This document shows, in pieces, positions 30,360 to 43,690 of a stretch of 64,000 bases of DNA (position 1 is the stretch's first letter; every line of letters begins with the position of its first letter). The notes under the pieces are model-generated. The model was not told the origin of the DNA, searched no databases, and saw nothing but the letters and a program-made list of their open reading frames with translations. A program made the translations under genes and the position numbers. The stretch is from Macrostomum lignano (lineage: Eukaryota), in assembly GCA_002269645.1 (NCBI GenBank), contig NIVC01001497.1, positions 62,001-126,000 on the forward strand. The letters are read 5' to 3'.

Positions 30360-30610
30360 GCATGACACTGCATCATGTCAGTCATGTCAGTCATGAGTCA
30401 TGTCAGTCATGTGAGTCATGTCAGTCATGCCAGTCATGTGAGTCATGTGAGTCATGTGAGTCATGTCAATCATGTCAGTCGTGTGAGTCATATCAGTCAT
30501 GTCAGTCATGTCAGTCATGTCAGTCATGTCAGTCATGTCGGTCATGTCGGTCATGTCGGTCATGTCAGTCATGTCAGTCATGTCAGTCATGTCAGTCATG
30601 TCAGTCATGT
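30360..30610. repeat. 9-bp array (CAGTCATGT)n
   Basis: Direct inspection. Confidence 0.92.
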
Positions 30611-31029
30611 ATTAGGTCAGAATAATGTAACATTCATGTCATCTTCATTTCTTTGCAGTCAAACAACTGCAGAAGAGAAAAGTTGAACGGGAGAAAATTC
30701 TCCTCAACTCCTCACGCAGGGCTCAGATTCCCAAGCGAAGGACTTGGCGGAATGAGAAACCAAAAACACGCGAGCTTCCGAGCAAAGCTCAAAGCTCGAT
30801 AGACGAATAGCATCTGCCATTGCTTTTCTACCTCTGACTCCACCCGACTCTGCGCTGCTCAGTTTTTAGGGGGGGAGGGGGCGGATGACGCCATCTTTGT
30901 AGAAAACTCATCGGCTCTGAGTCTGACTCGACACGGGGCGGCTGTCCCGCTCATGTGGCTTCTTGATGGGGCCTTGAGCTGTCTTTTGTGCTAGCCGCAG
31001 CATATTTTAATTGCAGCGAATTTTAGCAA

Positions 31030-31830
31030 GTTCTCTATCGAATCTCTATCCGATCTCTATCGAATCTCTATCCGATCTCTATCGAATCTCTATCCGATCT
31101 CTATCCTATCTCTATCCGATCTCTATCGAATCTCTATCCGATCTCTATCCTATCTCTATCCGATCTCTATCGAATCTCTATCCGATCTCTATCCTATCTC
31201 TATCCGATCTCTATCGAATCTCTATCCGATCTCTATCGAATCTCTATCCGATCTCTATCCTATCTCTATCCGATCTCTATCGAATCTCTATCCGATCTCT
31301 ATCCTATCTCTATCCGATCTCTATCGAATCTCTATCCGATCTCTATCCGATCTTTATCCGATCTCTATCCAATATCTTTCCGATATATATCCGATATATA
31401 TCCGATCTCTATCCAATCTCTATCGAATCTTTATCCGATCTCTATCCGATATCTATCCAATTTCTATCCAATCTCTAGCCGATCTCTATCCAATCTCTAT
31501 CCAATCTCTATCCGATATCTATCCAATCTCTAGCCGATCTCTATTCAATCTCTATCCAATTTCTATCCAATCTCTAGCCGATCTCTATTCAATCTCTATC
31601 CAATCTCTATCCAATCTCTATCCAATCTCTATCCGATATCTATCCAATCTCTATCCAATCTCTAGCCGATCTCTATTCAATCTCTATCCAATCTCTATCC
31701 AATCTCTATCCAATCTCTATCCAAACTCTATCCAATCTCTATCCAATCTCTATCCAATCTCTATCCAATCTCTATCCAATCTCTATCCAAACTCTATCCA
31801 ATCTCTATCCGATATCTATCCAATACTATA
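31030..31830. repeat. 11-bp array (TCTCTATCC[G/A]A)n
   Basis: Direct inspection. Confidence 0.92.
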
Positions 31831-32441
31831 ATAACTCCTGTCATTCGGCAAAAACTCGTCCCGTTCTCGTCCTTATCAAAAGTTCCCAACTGAAAGCCGT
31901 AATCAACAGTGAAAGATTCCAAGCGTTGCTAGTGAAAAATCTCAAGTAAGTACATTTCTTTGAGAAATAGGACTCTCCATTGCTTTCTTGGCTCTCTTGC
32001 CTCAAGCGACACCCTGCAGCTGGGCTGCACTTTTGGCTACTGGCACCCGGCAACAATCCGGATGACACAGCGGCCTTCATTTCCTGCTCGTTTCCTTGTA
32101 TTCGAAAGCTCGAAATGTAGAATCTTACATGCATGGCTTACGCTTAGTGTAATGTTGAAAGTTTTCTTATAAAAAGTACATTTGCACTCTGTTGACAGCC
32201 TAACGGGTGTCCCAAAAAGGTGAAATTTTAAACCAAAAATGTGCAAGACTGTCTGCTCTTGGTTCCTAGCAACCACAAATGCTGATAGTCAACATTCATA
32301 AGTTTTGCTTCCCGCAGTTCTTACGAGTATTTCAATTCATGAGAAACATCATCGCCATTGAAAGAATGAGTGAATGCCACAGACAAGAGGCTTATTTCTT
32401 ATTTCGATTGATTTCGAATGATTCGAACTTGGCGGGAGTTG

Positions 32442-35400
32442 TCACACGCTTGACTCCTGCAGCATCACTGTTTCCACTCGCTTCTTCACCCCCTCTGGTG
32501 CCGCAACGGCGGTGCCGCCCACCTGCGTGTCGATGGCAGCCGGCCGGCAGCCGCAGCACCGTCTGGCGAGTCCGCACAGCCGGCTGGCCAGCAGGGCCTC
32601 GCGGAATTCCGCGTTGGCAGCGAAGTGGGCCACGGCGGAGGCGGCCATGCTGGACTTGGCGCAGAGCAGCGCGGCGCGCACCAGAGAGCGGTGCAGCCGG
32701 CTGTGCTGCCGGATTGGCGAGGCCACGGCGACCGCAGCGGTGACGGCGTAGGGCGCCCAGCACAGCAGGAAGGCGCCTTGAAGGCGGAGCGAATGGTGAC
32801 TTGATTTAATGGTCAGGCAAATGGCCTCAGATGGAGTGCCTAAAGCAGGGAGAAACACCATATTCTGTGACCAACACCATATTCTGTGACCAACACCATA
32901 TTCTGTGACCAACACCATATTCTGTGATCAACACCATATTCTGTGACCAACACCATATTCTGTGACCAACACTATATTCTGTGACCAACACCATATTCTG
33001 TGACCAACACCATATTCTGTGACCAACACCATATTCTGTGACCAACACCATATTCTGTGACCAACACCATATTCTGTGACCAACACCATATTCTGTGACC
33101 AACACCATATTCTGTGACCAACACCATATTCTGTGACCAACACCATATTCTGTGACCAACACCATATTCTGTGACCAACACCAGATTCTGTGACCAACAT
33201 CATATTCTGTGACCAACACCATATTCTGTGACCAACACCATATTCTGTGACCAACACCATATTCTGTGACCAACACCATATTCTGTGACCAACACCATAT
33301 TCTGTGACCAACACCATATTCTGTGACCAACACCATATTCTGTGACCAACACCATATTCTGTGACCAACACCATATTCTGTGACCAACACCATATTCTGT
33401 GACCAACACCATATTCTGTGACCAACACCATATTCTGTGACCAACACCATATCCTGTGACCAACACCATATTCTGTGACCAACACCATATTCTGTGACCA
33501 ACACCATATTCTGTGACCAACACCATATCCTGTGACCAACACCATATTCTGTGACCAACACCATATTCTGTGACCAACACCATATCCTGTGACCAACACC
33601 ATATTCTGTGACCAACACCATATTCTGTGACCAATGGGCACATTTGCAACCGACCGCTCAGCCGCAGCTATTGCGCGGCGCATCTGAAGGCTGCGTACGG
33701 CTGTTCAGTCCAAGGACTGGGGGGTCGCCACACACCCTCAATTACCCCAGCTAATACTGGCACCCATTTTACAGCTGGGTGAACTGAAGCAATGCAGAGT
33801 TAAGTGTCTTGCTCAAAGACACAAATTGTTCCGAGTGGGAATCGAACCCCCGACCTTTCATTCGTGAGACCGACGCTCTAACCACTAGACTACAACCCTC
33901 TTTCTAGTACATCCCGTGTGAGCGTGTGCATAAGCGCAAGCCTGAGTACAGTATTGGCGCGCTTGTATGTGCTCAGGAGGCAGCGGAATGAGCAGAATTG
34001 CCTCAGCACTGGTTCTGAAACTATGTCACGGAAGAAGTGCAATATATTATTATACTACACTGTAGAAGTCGAAAGCAATCCTCACCGATCACACACAGGA
34101 TGTGGATTGCAACGCGGCGCTCCCGCCTCAGCTGGCTCTCAGCCTGCAAACTGCTCATCTGCCGCTTCGCCTGCAGCTGGAATGTCAAAGTTGCGATGGC
34201 AGCTGGGTAAGCAAAGACAGGACTCGGTTTGAAACACCGACACTAGAAATCATTCACTGAGGCACAGTAAGAATTTGAAGTGGAAGCAGTTTACGTAGAA
34301 CAAGAGCTTCCAGTAGAAGGCTGCATATGCTGAGACATAATAAAATATAGAAAGTAGAAATTGAAATACAGGAGTGGCCGCGTTCTCAAAGCACAGCCGG
34401 AGACATGATGAAAACGACACAAGGAGAACAAAGACTCAAATCACTGGACACAGGTGCTCACGTAGGCGAAGATCTTCCAGTAGGACACGCAGACACCAAG
34501 ACATCGGGTGAAACAGACACAGGATGAAATACACACAATGAAATAGACACAGGAGGACACAGACCCAAGCCTCAGCATGAGACACAGGTGCTCACGTAGG
34601 CGAAGATCTTCCAGTAGGACACGCAGACACCAAGACATCGGGTGAAACAGACACAGGATGAAATACACACAATGAAATAGACACAGGAGGACACAGACCC
34701 AAGCCTCAGCATGAGACACAGGTGCTCACGTAGGCGAAGATCTTCCAGTAGGACACGCAGACACCAAGACATCGGGTGAAACAGACACAGGATGAAATAC
34801 ACACAATGAAATAGACACAGGAGGACACAGACCCAAGCCTCAGCATGAGACACAGGTGCTCACGTAGGCGAAGATCTTCCAGTAGGACACGCAGACACCA
34901 AGACATCGGGTGAAACAGACACAGGATGAAATACACACAATGAAATAGACACAGGAGGACACAGACCCAAGCCTCAGCATGAGACACAGGTGCTCACGAA
35001 GGCGAAGATCTTCCAGTAGGACACGCAGACACCAAGACATCGGGTGAAACAGACACAGGATGAAATACACACAATGAAATAGACACAGGAGGACACAGAC
35101 CCAAGCCTCAGCATGAGACACAGGTGCTCACGTAGGCGAAGATCTTCCAGTAGGACACGCAGACACCAAGACATCGGGTGAAACAGACACAGGATGAAAT
35201 ACACACAATGAAATAGACACAGGAGGACACAGACCCAAGCCTCAGCATGAGACACAGGTGCTCACGTAGGCGAAGATCTTCCAGTAGGACACGCAGACAC
35301 CAAGACATCGGGTGAAACAGACACAGGATGAAATACCCACAATGAAATAGACACAGGAGGACACAGACCCAAGCCTCAGCATGAGACACAGGTGCTCACG

Positions 35401-38036
35401 TAGGCGAAGATCTTTCAGTAGGACACGCAGACACCAAGACATCGGGTGAAACAGACACAGGATGAAATACACACAATGAAATAGACACAGGAGGACACAG
35501 ACCCAAGCCTCAGCATGAGACACAGGTGCTCACGTAGGCGAAGATCTTCCAGTAGGACACGCAGACACCAAGACATCGGGTGAAACAGACACAGGATGAA
35601 ATACACACAATGAAATAGACACAGGAGGACACAGACCCAAGCCTCAGCATGAGACACAGGTGCTCACGTAGGCGAAGATCTTTCAGTAGGACACGCAGAC
35701 ACCAAGACATCGGGTGAAACAGACACAGGATGAAATACCCACAATGAAATAGACACAGGAGGACACAGACCCAAGCCTCAGCATGAGACACAGGTGCTCA
35801 CGTAGGCGAAGATCTTCCAGTAGGACACGCAGACACCAAGACATCGGGTGAAACAGACACAGGATGAAATACACACAATGAAATAGACACAGGAGGACAC
35901 AGACCCAAGCCTCAGCATGAGACACAGGTGCTCACGTAGGCGAAGATCTTCCAGTAGGACACGCAGACACCAAGACATCGGGTGAAACAGACACAGGATG
36001 AAATACACACAATGAAATAGACACAGGAGGACACAGACCCAAGCCTCAGCATGAGACACAGGTGCTCACGTAGGCGAAGATCTTCCAGTAGGACACGCAG
36101 ACACCAAGACATCGGGTGAAACAGACACAGGATGAAATACACACAATGAAATAGACACAGGAGGACACAGACCCAAGCCTCAGCATGAGACACAGGTGCT
36201 CACGTAGGCGAAGATCTTCCAGTAGGACACGCAGACACCAAGACATCGGGTGAAACAGACACAGGATGAAATACACACAATGAAATAGACACAGGAGGAC
36301 ACAGACCCAAGCCTCAGCATGAGACACAGGTGCTCACGTAGGCGAAGATCTTCCAGTAGGACACGCAGACACCAAGACATCGGGTGAAACAGACACAGGA
36401 TGAAATAAACACAATGAAATAGACACAGGAGGACACAGACCCAAGCCTCAGCATGAGACACAGGTGCTCACGTAGGCGAAGATCTTCCAGTAGGACACGC
36501 AGACACCAAGACATCGGGTGAAACAGACACAGGATGAAATACACACAATGAAATAGACACAGGAGGACACAGACCCAAGCCTCAGCATGAGACACAGGTG
36601 CTCACGTAGGCGAAGATCTTCCAGTAGGACACGCAGACACCAAGACATCGGGTGAAACAGACACAGGATGAAATACACACAATGAAATAGACACAGGAGG
36701 ACACAGACCCAAGCCTCAGCATGAGACACAGGTGCTCACGTAGGCGAAGATCTTCCAGTAGGACACGCAGACACCAAGACATCGGGTGAAACAGACACAG
36801 GATGAAATACACACAATGAAATAGACACAGGAGGACACAGACCCAAGCCTCAGCATGAGACACAGGTGCTCACGTAGGCGAAGATCTTCCAGTAGGACAC
36901 GCAGACACCAAGACATCGGGTGAAACAGACACAGGATGAAATACACACAATGAAATAGACACAGGAGGACACAGACCCAAGCCTCAGCATGAGACACAGG
37001 TGCTCACGTAGGCGAAGATCTTCCAGTAGGACACGCAGACACCAAGACATCGGGTGAAACAGACACAGGATGAAATACACACAATGAAATAGACACAGGA
37101 GGACACAGACCCAAGCCTCAGCATGAGACACAGGTGCTCACGTAGGCGAAGATCTTCCAGTAGGACACGCAGACACCAAGACATCGGGTGAAACAGACAC
37201 AGGATGAAATACACACAATGAAATAGACACAGGAGGACACAGACCCAAGCCTCAGCATGAGACACAGGTGCTCACGTAGGCGAAGATCTTCCAGTAGGAC
37301 ACGCAGACACCAAGACATCGGGTGAAACAGACACAGGATGAAATACACACAATGAAATAGACACAGGAGGACACAGACCCAAGCCTCAGCATGAGACACA
37401 GGTGCTCACGTAGGCGAAGATCTTCCAGTAGGACACGCAGACGATAACCAGTGGCAGAAGGAACTGTGCGGTGAGCAGACTCAGCCAGTATGTCCGGTGC
37501 CCGGACTCGCGGCTCGACCAGTTCAGATCACAGGTGGACACGGAGCGAACGGCGACGAACAGTGAGTCGCTGACGACAATGGGTAGCATCCATAGCAACG
37601 ACATGGCAACCAGGCAAGCGATGAGTCGGACAGCAGCTCGGGTGGACACACTGCGGCTGGTGAGGATGGACCGGCAGCGAAGAAGCGACAGCGCGGTGAG
37701 CACGTTCAGCGACGTGAGGCCCAGCCAGCCAGTCCAGAAGACGTACCAGCGACAGTACCAGCTGGGGAAGCGCCACTGCGGTCTCCAGGCTGCGTGTACA
37801 TTCAGCAGAGCGGCCAGGATGCTGCAGAGACAATTGCTGATGAAGCTGGCGCACAACAGCCAGGAGAAGCCGTTCCACAGGGACTTCGAGACGATGTGGG
37901 TGTAGGCGGCCAGTCCGTTGGCGCTGATGGCCGTGGCAAAGATGAGGGAGAAGCTGGTCGCGTCGATGTAGCTCTCCAGGTCTGTCGGTGTGTCTTCTTC
38001 CACCGCTGAGGTCGTGTTGACTGTGCCGGCCTGCAT
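32442..38036 (-). CDS. Divergent opsin-like rhodopsin-family GPCR, about 350 aa, 3 exons: 38036-37410, 34176-34086, 32776-32442
   Basis: Seven hydrophobic helices; TM3 C (WYCRW) and ECL2 C (STCDLNW); TM5 FLLPLVIVCVSYWKIF; ERRVAIHILCVIGAFLLCWAPY; TM7 CAKSS with Lys at the rhodopsin K296 position, followed by NAEFR. Junctions are phase 0 and 1 GT-AG; 1053 nt in total. Confidence 0.85.
32855..33635. repeat. 19-bp array (CACCATATTCTGTGACCAA) in opsin intron 2
   Basis: Period 19 at 33001/33020; source of ORFs 32827..33683. Confidence 0.95.
33690..33900 (-). mobile_element. tRNA-derived SINE (tRNA-like head plus CORE-like body) in opsin intron 2
   Basis: On the minus strand: A box TAGTCTAGTGG and B box GGTTCGATTCC, then GTGTCTTTGAGCAAGACACTTAACTC...CTGTAAAATGGG, which resembles the CORE-SINE core. 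Confidence 0.7.
34448..37442 (-). repeat. 134-bp tandem array, 22 near-identical units, each containing the last ~33 nt of opsin exon 1 plus its 5' splice site
   Basis: The donor motif GCCTAC|GTGAGC recurs every 134 bp from 37409 to 34461; (37409-34461)/134 = 22. Confidence 0.97.
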
Positions 38037-38769
38037 GCTTAAAGTGAATTGTTCTTCTGTAGTCAATTGACGAAAATCTTTATTAGAGTTTTTTTAAAGT
38101 GACTTGAGCAGCTGAGCGATGTAGACTGGAAGTGAGATGGTTGTCCAAGGACTTCTGAAGTCACTTCTGAAGTACTCCTTGTGGTTGTCAAGCGGGTTGT
38201 TCGGGGACGCAGCAGATTTTTATTAAAATCAGATCTCGCCAGAAGCAAAACAGTCTCATCTTCAAGTGCCTCAAGGTTGTCAACTGAAAAGCAGTGCTGC
38301 TCACTTTATAGTTGCTCAAAAGCACCTGCCTTTCAGTTTGCACCGCCCATTTTTTTTAGGCAAACCAATAGGAGCAGGTGGAGATTGGAATCGCTGATTT
38401 TTAGTGATGAGCTCGCATTGTCTGGATCACATCTTAGCGTCATCACTAATCCAGAGTAGAGATGGGCTTTAGGGCTGTCACGACTTTCTTAGTTATTTTA
38501 TCAGTGACAGTACACCTTCACTTGTCTCTGCTTACTTTTTCTCCCTCTCTGTCCTGTTCAAATCTTGTTAATCTTCTCTCTCTATACCTCGCTCCTTTCT
38601 GATTGGTTCTCTATTCTCGTCTCTCTCTCCTCAGTCGCACACTCCACCCCCCCCAGGTTATTGACATTAATATACCTGTTTGGGCCCTGAGCTCCACTTA
38701 CCGTCTGTTTGGTCTAATTAATTAAGTATCCTCTCAATTTAAATAGTCGTATTACATGTATTTTGTTTA

Positions 38770-39010
38770 CAGGGGCTTTTGCAGGAAAATTGGCCTGTGA
38801 GTTTTCGTGCGATTCACACACACGAAGGCCGACCCCCCAAGGCACAGAGAGTGTACATGCCTGCTGATTAGAAAGCCAGGGCCGCTGTACACCCTGTGTG
38901 AGCGTGTGCCTGAGTGCAGTATTGGCGCGCTTGTGTGCTCAGGAGTCAGCGGGATCGGCTGAATTGCCGTCAGCGCTCGTGGCGGGACGATGTCGCCGAA
39001 GGCGTTGCGC
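38770..39010 (+). mobile_element. SINE-family body fragment (same family as 48490, 49945, 52405)
   Basis: Shares GGCCGACCCCC..GTGTACATGCCT..GGGCCGCTGTACAC..TGTGTGAG..GCGCGCTTGTGTG..CTCAGG with the other copies. Confidence 0.7.
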
Positions 39011-39252
39011 CTGGGTGCGCGCCAGCCCTGCTGCGAATCTTAATACAGCTCAAGAGACTGAAACAAGTCTCGGTACGGAAATTGAAGGTTCTTATAGCAG
39101 CTTTCGAGTTTCTGTTTTATCTCAAAAAATTGGTTGCAAATCGAGTCACTCAATCTGTTTTATCAACTGTAGCATTAGTAAGGATTAAACTTGATTGAGT
39201 CACAGTGTAAAACTAGTCAGAATTCCGAATTAGGTCAGGTGCTCAAGCCGCG

Positions 39253-42200
39253 CTAACCGGACCTGAAGGCGTCCCGGCCACGGGTCCGCATGAGCCGCTC
39301 CAAGTCGTTGTTATCAAAGAAGGGCAACCGGCGCAGCTCCGCAAACTTTCTGCTGGCCATTTTCACACAGCGGCCCCACGCGTCTCTGGCCGCGCACACG
39401 GGCCGCTCGACCAGCTGGAAGCAGGGCATTCGGACCAGGCGGAAGAACCAGTCCAGCACCGACTGACCTTCCGTGTCCTTTGATTGCTTCAGGCAGTAAT
39501 AGAAACTGTAGTGCGGTTTTTGGGGGATCGGTGAGAGTTGAAAATTATTAAAATTAGATTGTCGGAAGCTAGTTGAGACTAGAAAATGAGACGTCACTTA
39601 ATGTTTAGATTAGAAATTATTAGATGAGACTAGATAATGGATTATCAGATGAGACTAGATAATGGATTATCAGATGAGACTAGATAATGGATTATCAGAT
39701 GAGACTAGATAATGGATTATCAGATGAGACTAGATAATGGATTATCAGATGAGACTAGATATTGGATTATCAGATGAGACTAGATAATGGATTATCAGAT
39801 GAGACTGGATAATGGATTATCAGATGAGACTAGATAATGGATTATCAGATGAGACTAGATAATGGATTATCAGATGAGACTGGATAATGGATTATCAGAT
39901 GAGACTAGATAATGGATTATCAGATGAGACTAGATAATGGATTATCAGATGAGACTAGATAATGGATTATCAGATGAGACTAGATAATGGATTATCAGAT
40001 GAGACTGGATATTGAATTATCAGATGAGATTAGATATTGAATTATCAGATGAGATTAGATATTGGATTGTCAACTGAGACTACATATTGAATTATCAGAT
40101 GAGATTAGATATTAGATTATCAGATGAGATTAGATATTGGATTATCAACTGAGACTACATATTGAATTATCAGATGAGACTAGATAATGGATTATCAGAT
40201 GAGATTAGATATTAGATTATCAGATGAGATTAGATATTGGATTATCAGATGAGATTAGATATTAGATTATCAGATGAGATTAGATATTGGATTATCAACT
40301 GAGACTATATATTGAATTATCAGATGAGATTAGATATTGAATTATCAGATGAGATTAGATATTGAATTATCAGATGAGATTAGATATTAGATTATCAGAT
40401 GAGATTAGATATTGGATTATCAACTGAGACTACATATTGAATTATCAGATGAGATTAGATATTGAATTATCAGATGAGATTAGATATCAGATGAGATTAG
40501 ATATTGGATTATCAGATGAGATTAGAGATTAGATTATCAACTGAGACTACATATTGAATTATCAGATGAGATTAGATATTGAATTATCAGATGAGATTAG
40601 ATATTAGATTATCAGATGAGATTAGATATTGGATTATCAGATGAGATTAGATATTAGATTATCAGATGAGATTAGATATTGGATTATCAGATGAGATTAG
40701 ATATTGGATTATCAGATGAGATTAGATATTAGATTATCAGATGAGATTAGATATTGGATTATCAACTGAGACTACATATTGAATTATCAGATGAGATTAG
40801 ATATTGAATTATCAGATGAGATTAGATATTGAATTATCAGATGAGATTAGATATTAGATTATCAGATGAGATTAGATATTGGATTATCAGATGAGATTAG
40901 ATATTAGATTATCAGATGAGATTAGATATTGGATTATCAACTGAGACTACATATTGAATTATCAGATGAGATTAGATATTGAATTATCAGATGAGATTAG
41001 ATATTAGATTATCAGATGAGATTAGATATTGAATTATCAGATGAGATTAGATATTGAATTATCAGATGAGATTAGATATTAGATTATCAGATGAGATTAG
41101 ATATTGGATTATCAACTGAGACTACATATTGAATTATCAGATGAGATTAGATATTGAATTATCAGATGAGATTAGATATTAGATTATCAGATGAGATTAG
41201 ATATTGAATTATCAGATGAGATTAGATATTGAATTATCAGATGAGATTAGATATTAGATTATCAGATGAGATTAGATATTGGATTATCAACTGAGACTAC
41301 ATATTGAATTATCAGATGAGATTAGATATTAGATTATCAGATGAGATTAGATATTGGATTATCAACTGAGACTACATATTGAATTATCAGATGAGATTAG
41401 ATATTGAATTATCAGATGAGATTAGATATTAGATTATCAGATGAGATTAGATATTGGATAATCGGATGAAATTAGATGTTGGATTATTAGATGAGATTCG
41501 ATAATGGATTATCAGATGAGATTAGACAGTGGTGCATCGGATGAGAATAGAGTAACAGAAGAGCATCAGAGAATTAGAGACCATACTAAAAGTGAAGGTC
41601 AATGATCTAGGCTCGTATTTAAAATGTATAAGAAGGCATCAGCACAAATACAGTCAGGAGTCACCTGACGTCGCACTCGCAGTGAGAAATGGTGAAGTGG
41701 AACAGACTCGTGTAGCCATATCGAGTCTGCAGAGGGTCGATCACTGTGGTGCAATGGTCGTGATCTCTGCAGCATTTGTCAGTTTCGAACGCGCTGCCGA
41801 GGTCCGAATAGTTGCTCACTCGGGCGCCTGGAATGGCGCCATCGAGTAACGGGGTCGTTAATTTGTTGGTTTTAATGAATATAGTAGATTAATTACTATA
41901 CAGTATAAAGCTACTATAACTTTTAGTAGGCAGATAATTCCAATTTGAATTATAAGTAGTATAAGTAGTCTGTTAGCATTAAAATCTCGGAATATATATA
42001 TATATATATGTATACTTCCCTGCAAGCTACATGCTACATGGAGTCAAGTTTGTATGTATGCTATTTATGCTATGTAACAATAGGTTTCACTGGACTGGCG
42101 CCCCTGGTGCTGGCGCCCCTGGTGCTGGCGCCCCTGGTGCTGGCGCCCCTGGTGCTGGCGCCCCTGGTGCTGGCGCCCCTGGTGCTGGCGCCCCTGGTGC

Positions 42201-42548
42201 TGGCGCCCCTGGTGCTGGCGCCCCTGGTGCTGGCGCCCCTGGTGCTGGCGCCCCTGGTGCTGGCGCCCCTGGTGCTGGCGCCCCTGGTGCTGGCGCCCCT
42301 GGTGATAAAGCCCCTGGTGATAAAGCCCCTGGTGATAAAGCCTCTGGTGATAAAGCCCCTGTTGCTAAAGCCCCTGGTGCTGGCCCTCCTAAGTCTCCCA
42401 AGTCAAGTTCAGTGTATCAAACTTTTCCCTGTATAATATATATTATTGCATTTTATTTAGCACTTACCTGTGCCGCACCACTTAGTTTTGGGGTGAATAA
42501 ATGTCGGATTAGTGTTGTAATCAACGCCCGGCACGAGAGCGGGCAGGC
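39253..42548 (-). CDS. PLA2G3-like: Group III (bee-venom-type) secreted phospholipase A2, 3 exons found: 42548-42468, 41827-41665, 39505-39253; 5' exon(s) unresolved
   Basis: Spliced translation ...FIHPKTKWCGTG/ARVSNYSDLGSAFETDKCCRDHDHCTTVIDPLQTRYGYTSLFHFTISHCECDVS/FYYCLKQ...WFFRLVRMPCF contains the Ca-binding loop WCGxG, catalytic CCxxHDxC and SHCxCD. Phases 1 and 2 are consistent. Confidence 0.88.
39620..41525. repeat. 25-bp array (GATGAGA[C/T]TAGATA[A/T]TG[G/A]ATTATCA) filling a PLA2 intron
   Basis: Period 25 at 39661/39686. Confidence 0.95.
42097..42385. repeat. 15-bp array (GGCGCCCCTGGTGCT) in a PLA2 intron
   Basis: Direct inspection; source of the GAPGA/LAPLV ORFs. Confidence 0.93.
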
Positions 42549-43164
42549 CTAAGACGAGAATTAGAGAAAAAGTTGGCATTGCCATATTTAGCGATTGTAA
42601 ATATTGTAGAGCTTAGCCAATTTTGTTCGTAATTCAGCTTGTATATAATGGCTAGATGAAGTATCAATTTTCACTGCTGCACATCGGTGCGGGTGTAGCA
42701 GTTCTTTCCGTCTATGACTGAGGAGCGGGGAGGGGTTCACAGTTGGACCATAGACAACTGCAACACAGCCGGAGAAGTTTGCTTTGGGCTTGCCGAGAAT
42801 GATTATATTTGTCTATTTTTAGATTGCTTGCTACTAGCATAAATATGATAGACCTGCTGTTTGATGTCTATTATAAATCTAACTAGTTGAGACAGACTAC
42901 TACCTATTAAAGCAGTTTGAACGATTATTATTCAAGCAAGCGTGAACTAAGAGTATAGGAGTTTCAGCAATATCTGGGTTTTAGTTGAGAAAAACAAACG
43001 GAAAAAATCCGGTTAAATGAAATTTGTTTGACACTTTAAAACTCTCAAAAGGGTGATTTAAGACTGCTTATCCAGGGGTCAGCAATGTCTGTGAAACCCA
43101 GAAGCATTTAAAACCTTGCAATAGAAATCCAGCCTGCTCAAGGTTTCTATCTCTTATCAGTACT

Positions 43165-43690
43165 CTTCTCTCGAATCTTCTCTTTTCTCCTCTCTCTTCT
43201 CTCCTCTCTTCTCTCCTCTCTTCTCCTCTGTCTTTTCTCTCTTCTCTTCTCTCTTCTCTTCTCCTCTGTCTTTTCTCTCTTCTCTTCTCCTCTGTCCTCT
43301 ACTCTTCTCCTCTGTCCTCTTCTCTCTTCTCCTCTGTCTTCTTCTCTCTTCTCCTCTGTCCTCTTCTCTCTTCTCCTCTGTCCTCTTCTCTCTTCTCCTC
43401 TGTCCTCTTCTCTCTTCTCCTCTGTCCTCTACTCTTCTCCTCTGTCCTCTTCTCTTCTCTCTTCTCCTCTGTCCCCTTCTCTTCTCTCTTCTCCTCTGTC
43501 CTCTACTCTTCTCCTCTGTCCCCTTCTCTTCTCTCTTCTCCTCTGTCCCCTTCTCTTCTCTCTTCTCCTCTGTCCTCTTTTCTCCTCTCTTCTCATCTGT
43601 CTCTTCTTTCCTCTCTTCTCTGTTCTGTTCTCTTCTCTCTACTCTCCTTTCCTCTCTTCTCCCCTCTACTCGTACTCTTCTCTCTCCTCT
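43165..43690. repeat. CT-rich low-complexity array
   Basis: Direct inspection. Confidence 0.9.

Noticed and set aside
33830-33900. Genuine tRNA (CAC anticodon-like)
   Set aside because: The acceptor and anticodon stems pair poorly and the sequence runs straight into a SINE-like body, so it is treated as a SINE head.
34441-37399. Series of 93-aa MSHAEAWVCV... ORFs, and a CRISPR-like or tandem-gene look of the array
   Set aside because: These are frame-walk products of a 134-bp unit (134 mod 3 = 2). There are no unique spacers and no cas genes, and the context is a eukaryotic intron.
42008-42552. Collagen/elastin-like GAPGA ORF
   Set aside because: It is a 15-bp intronic repeat on the strand opposite the PLA2 exons, with no signal peptide or flanking domain.
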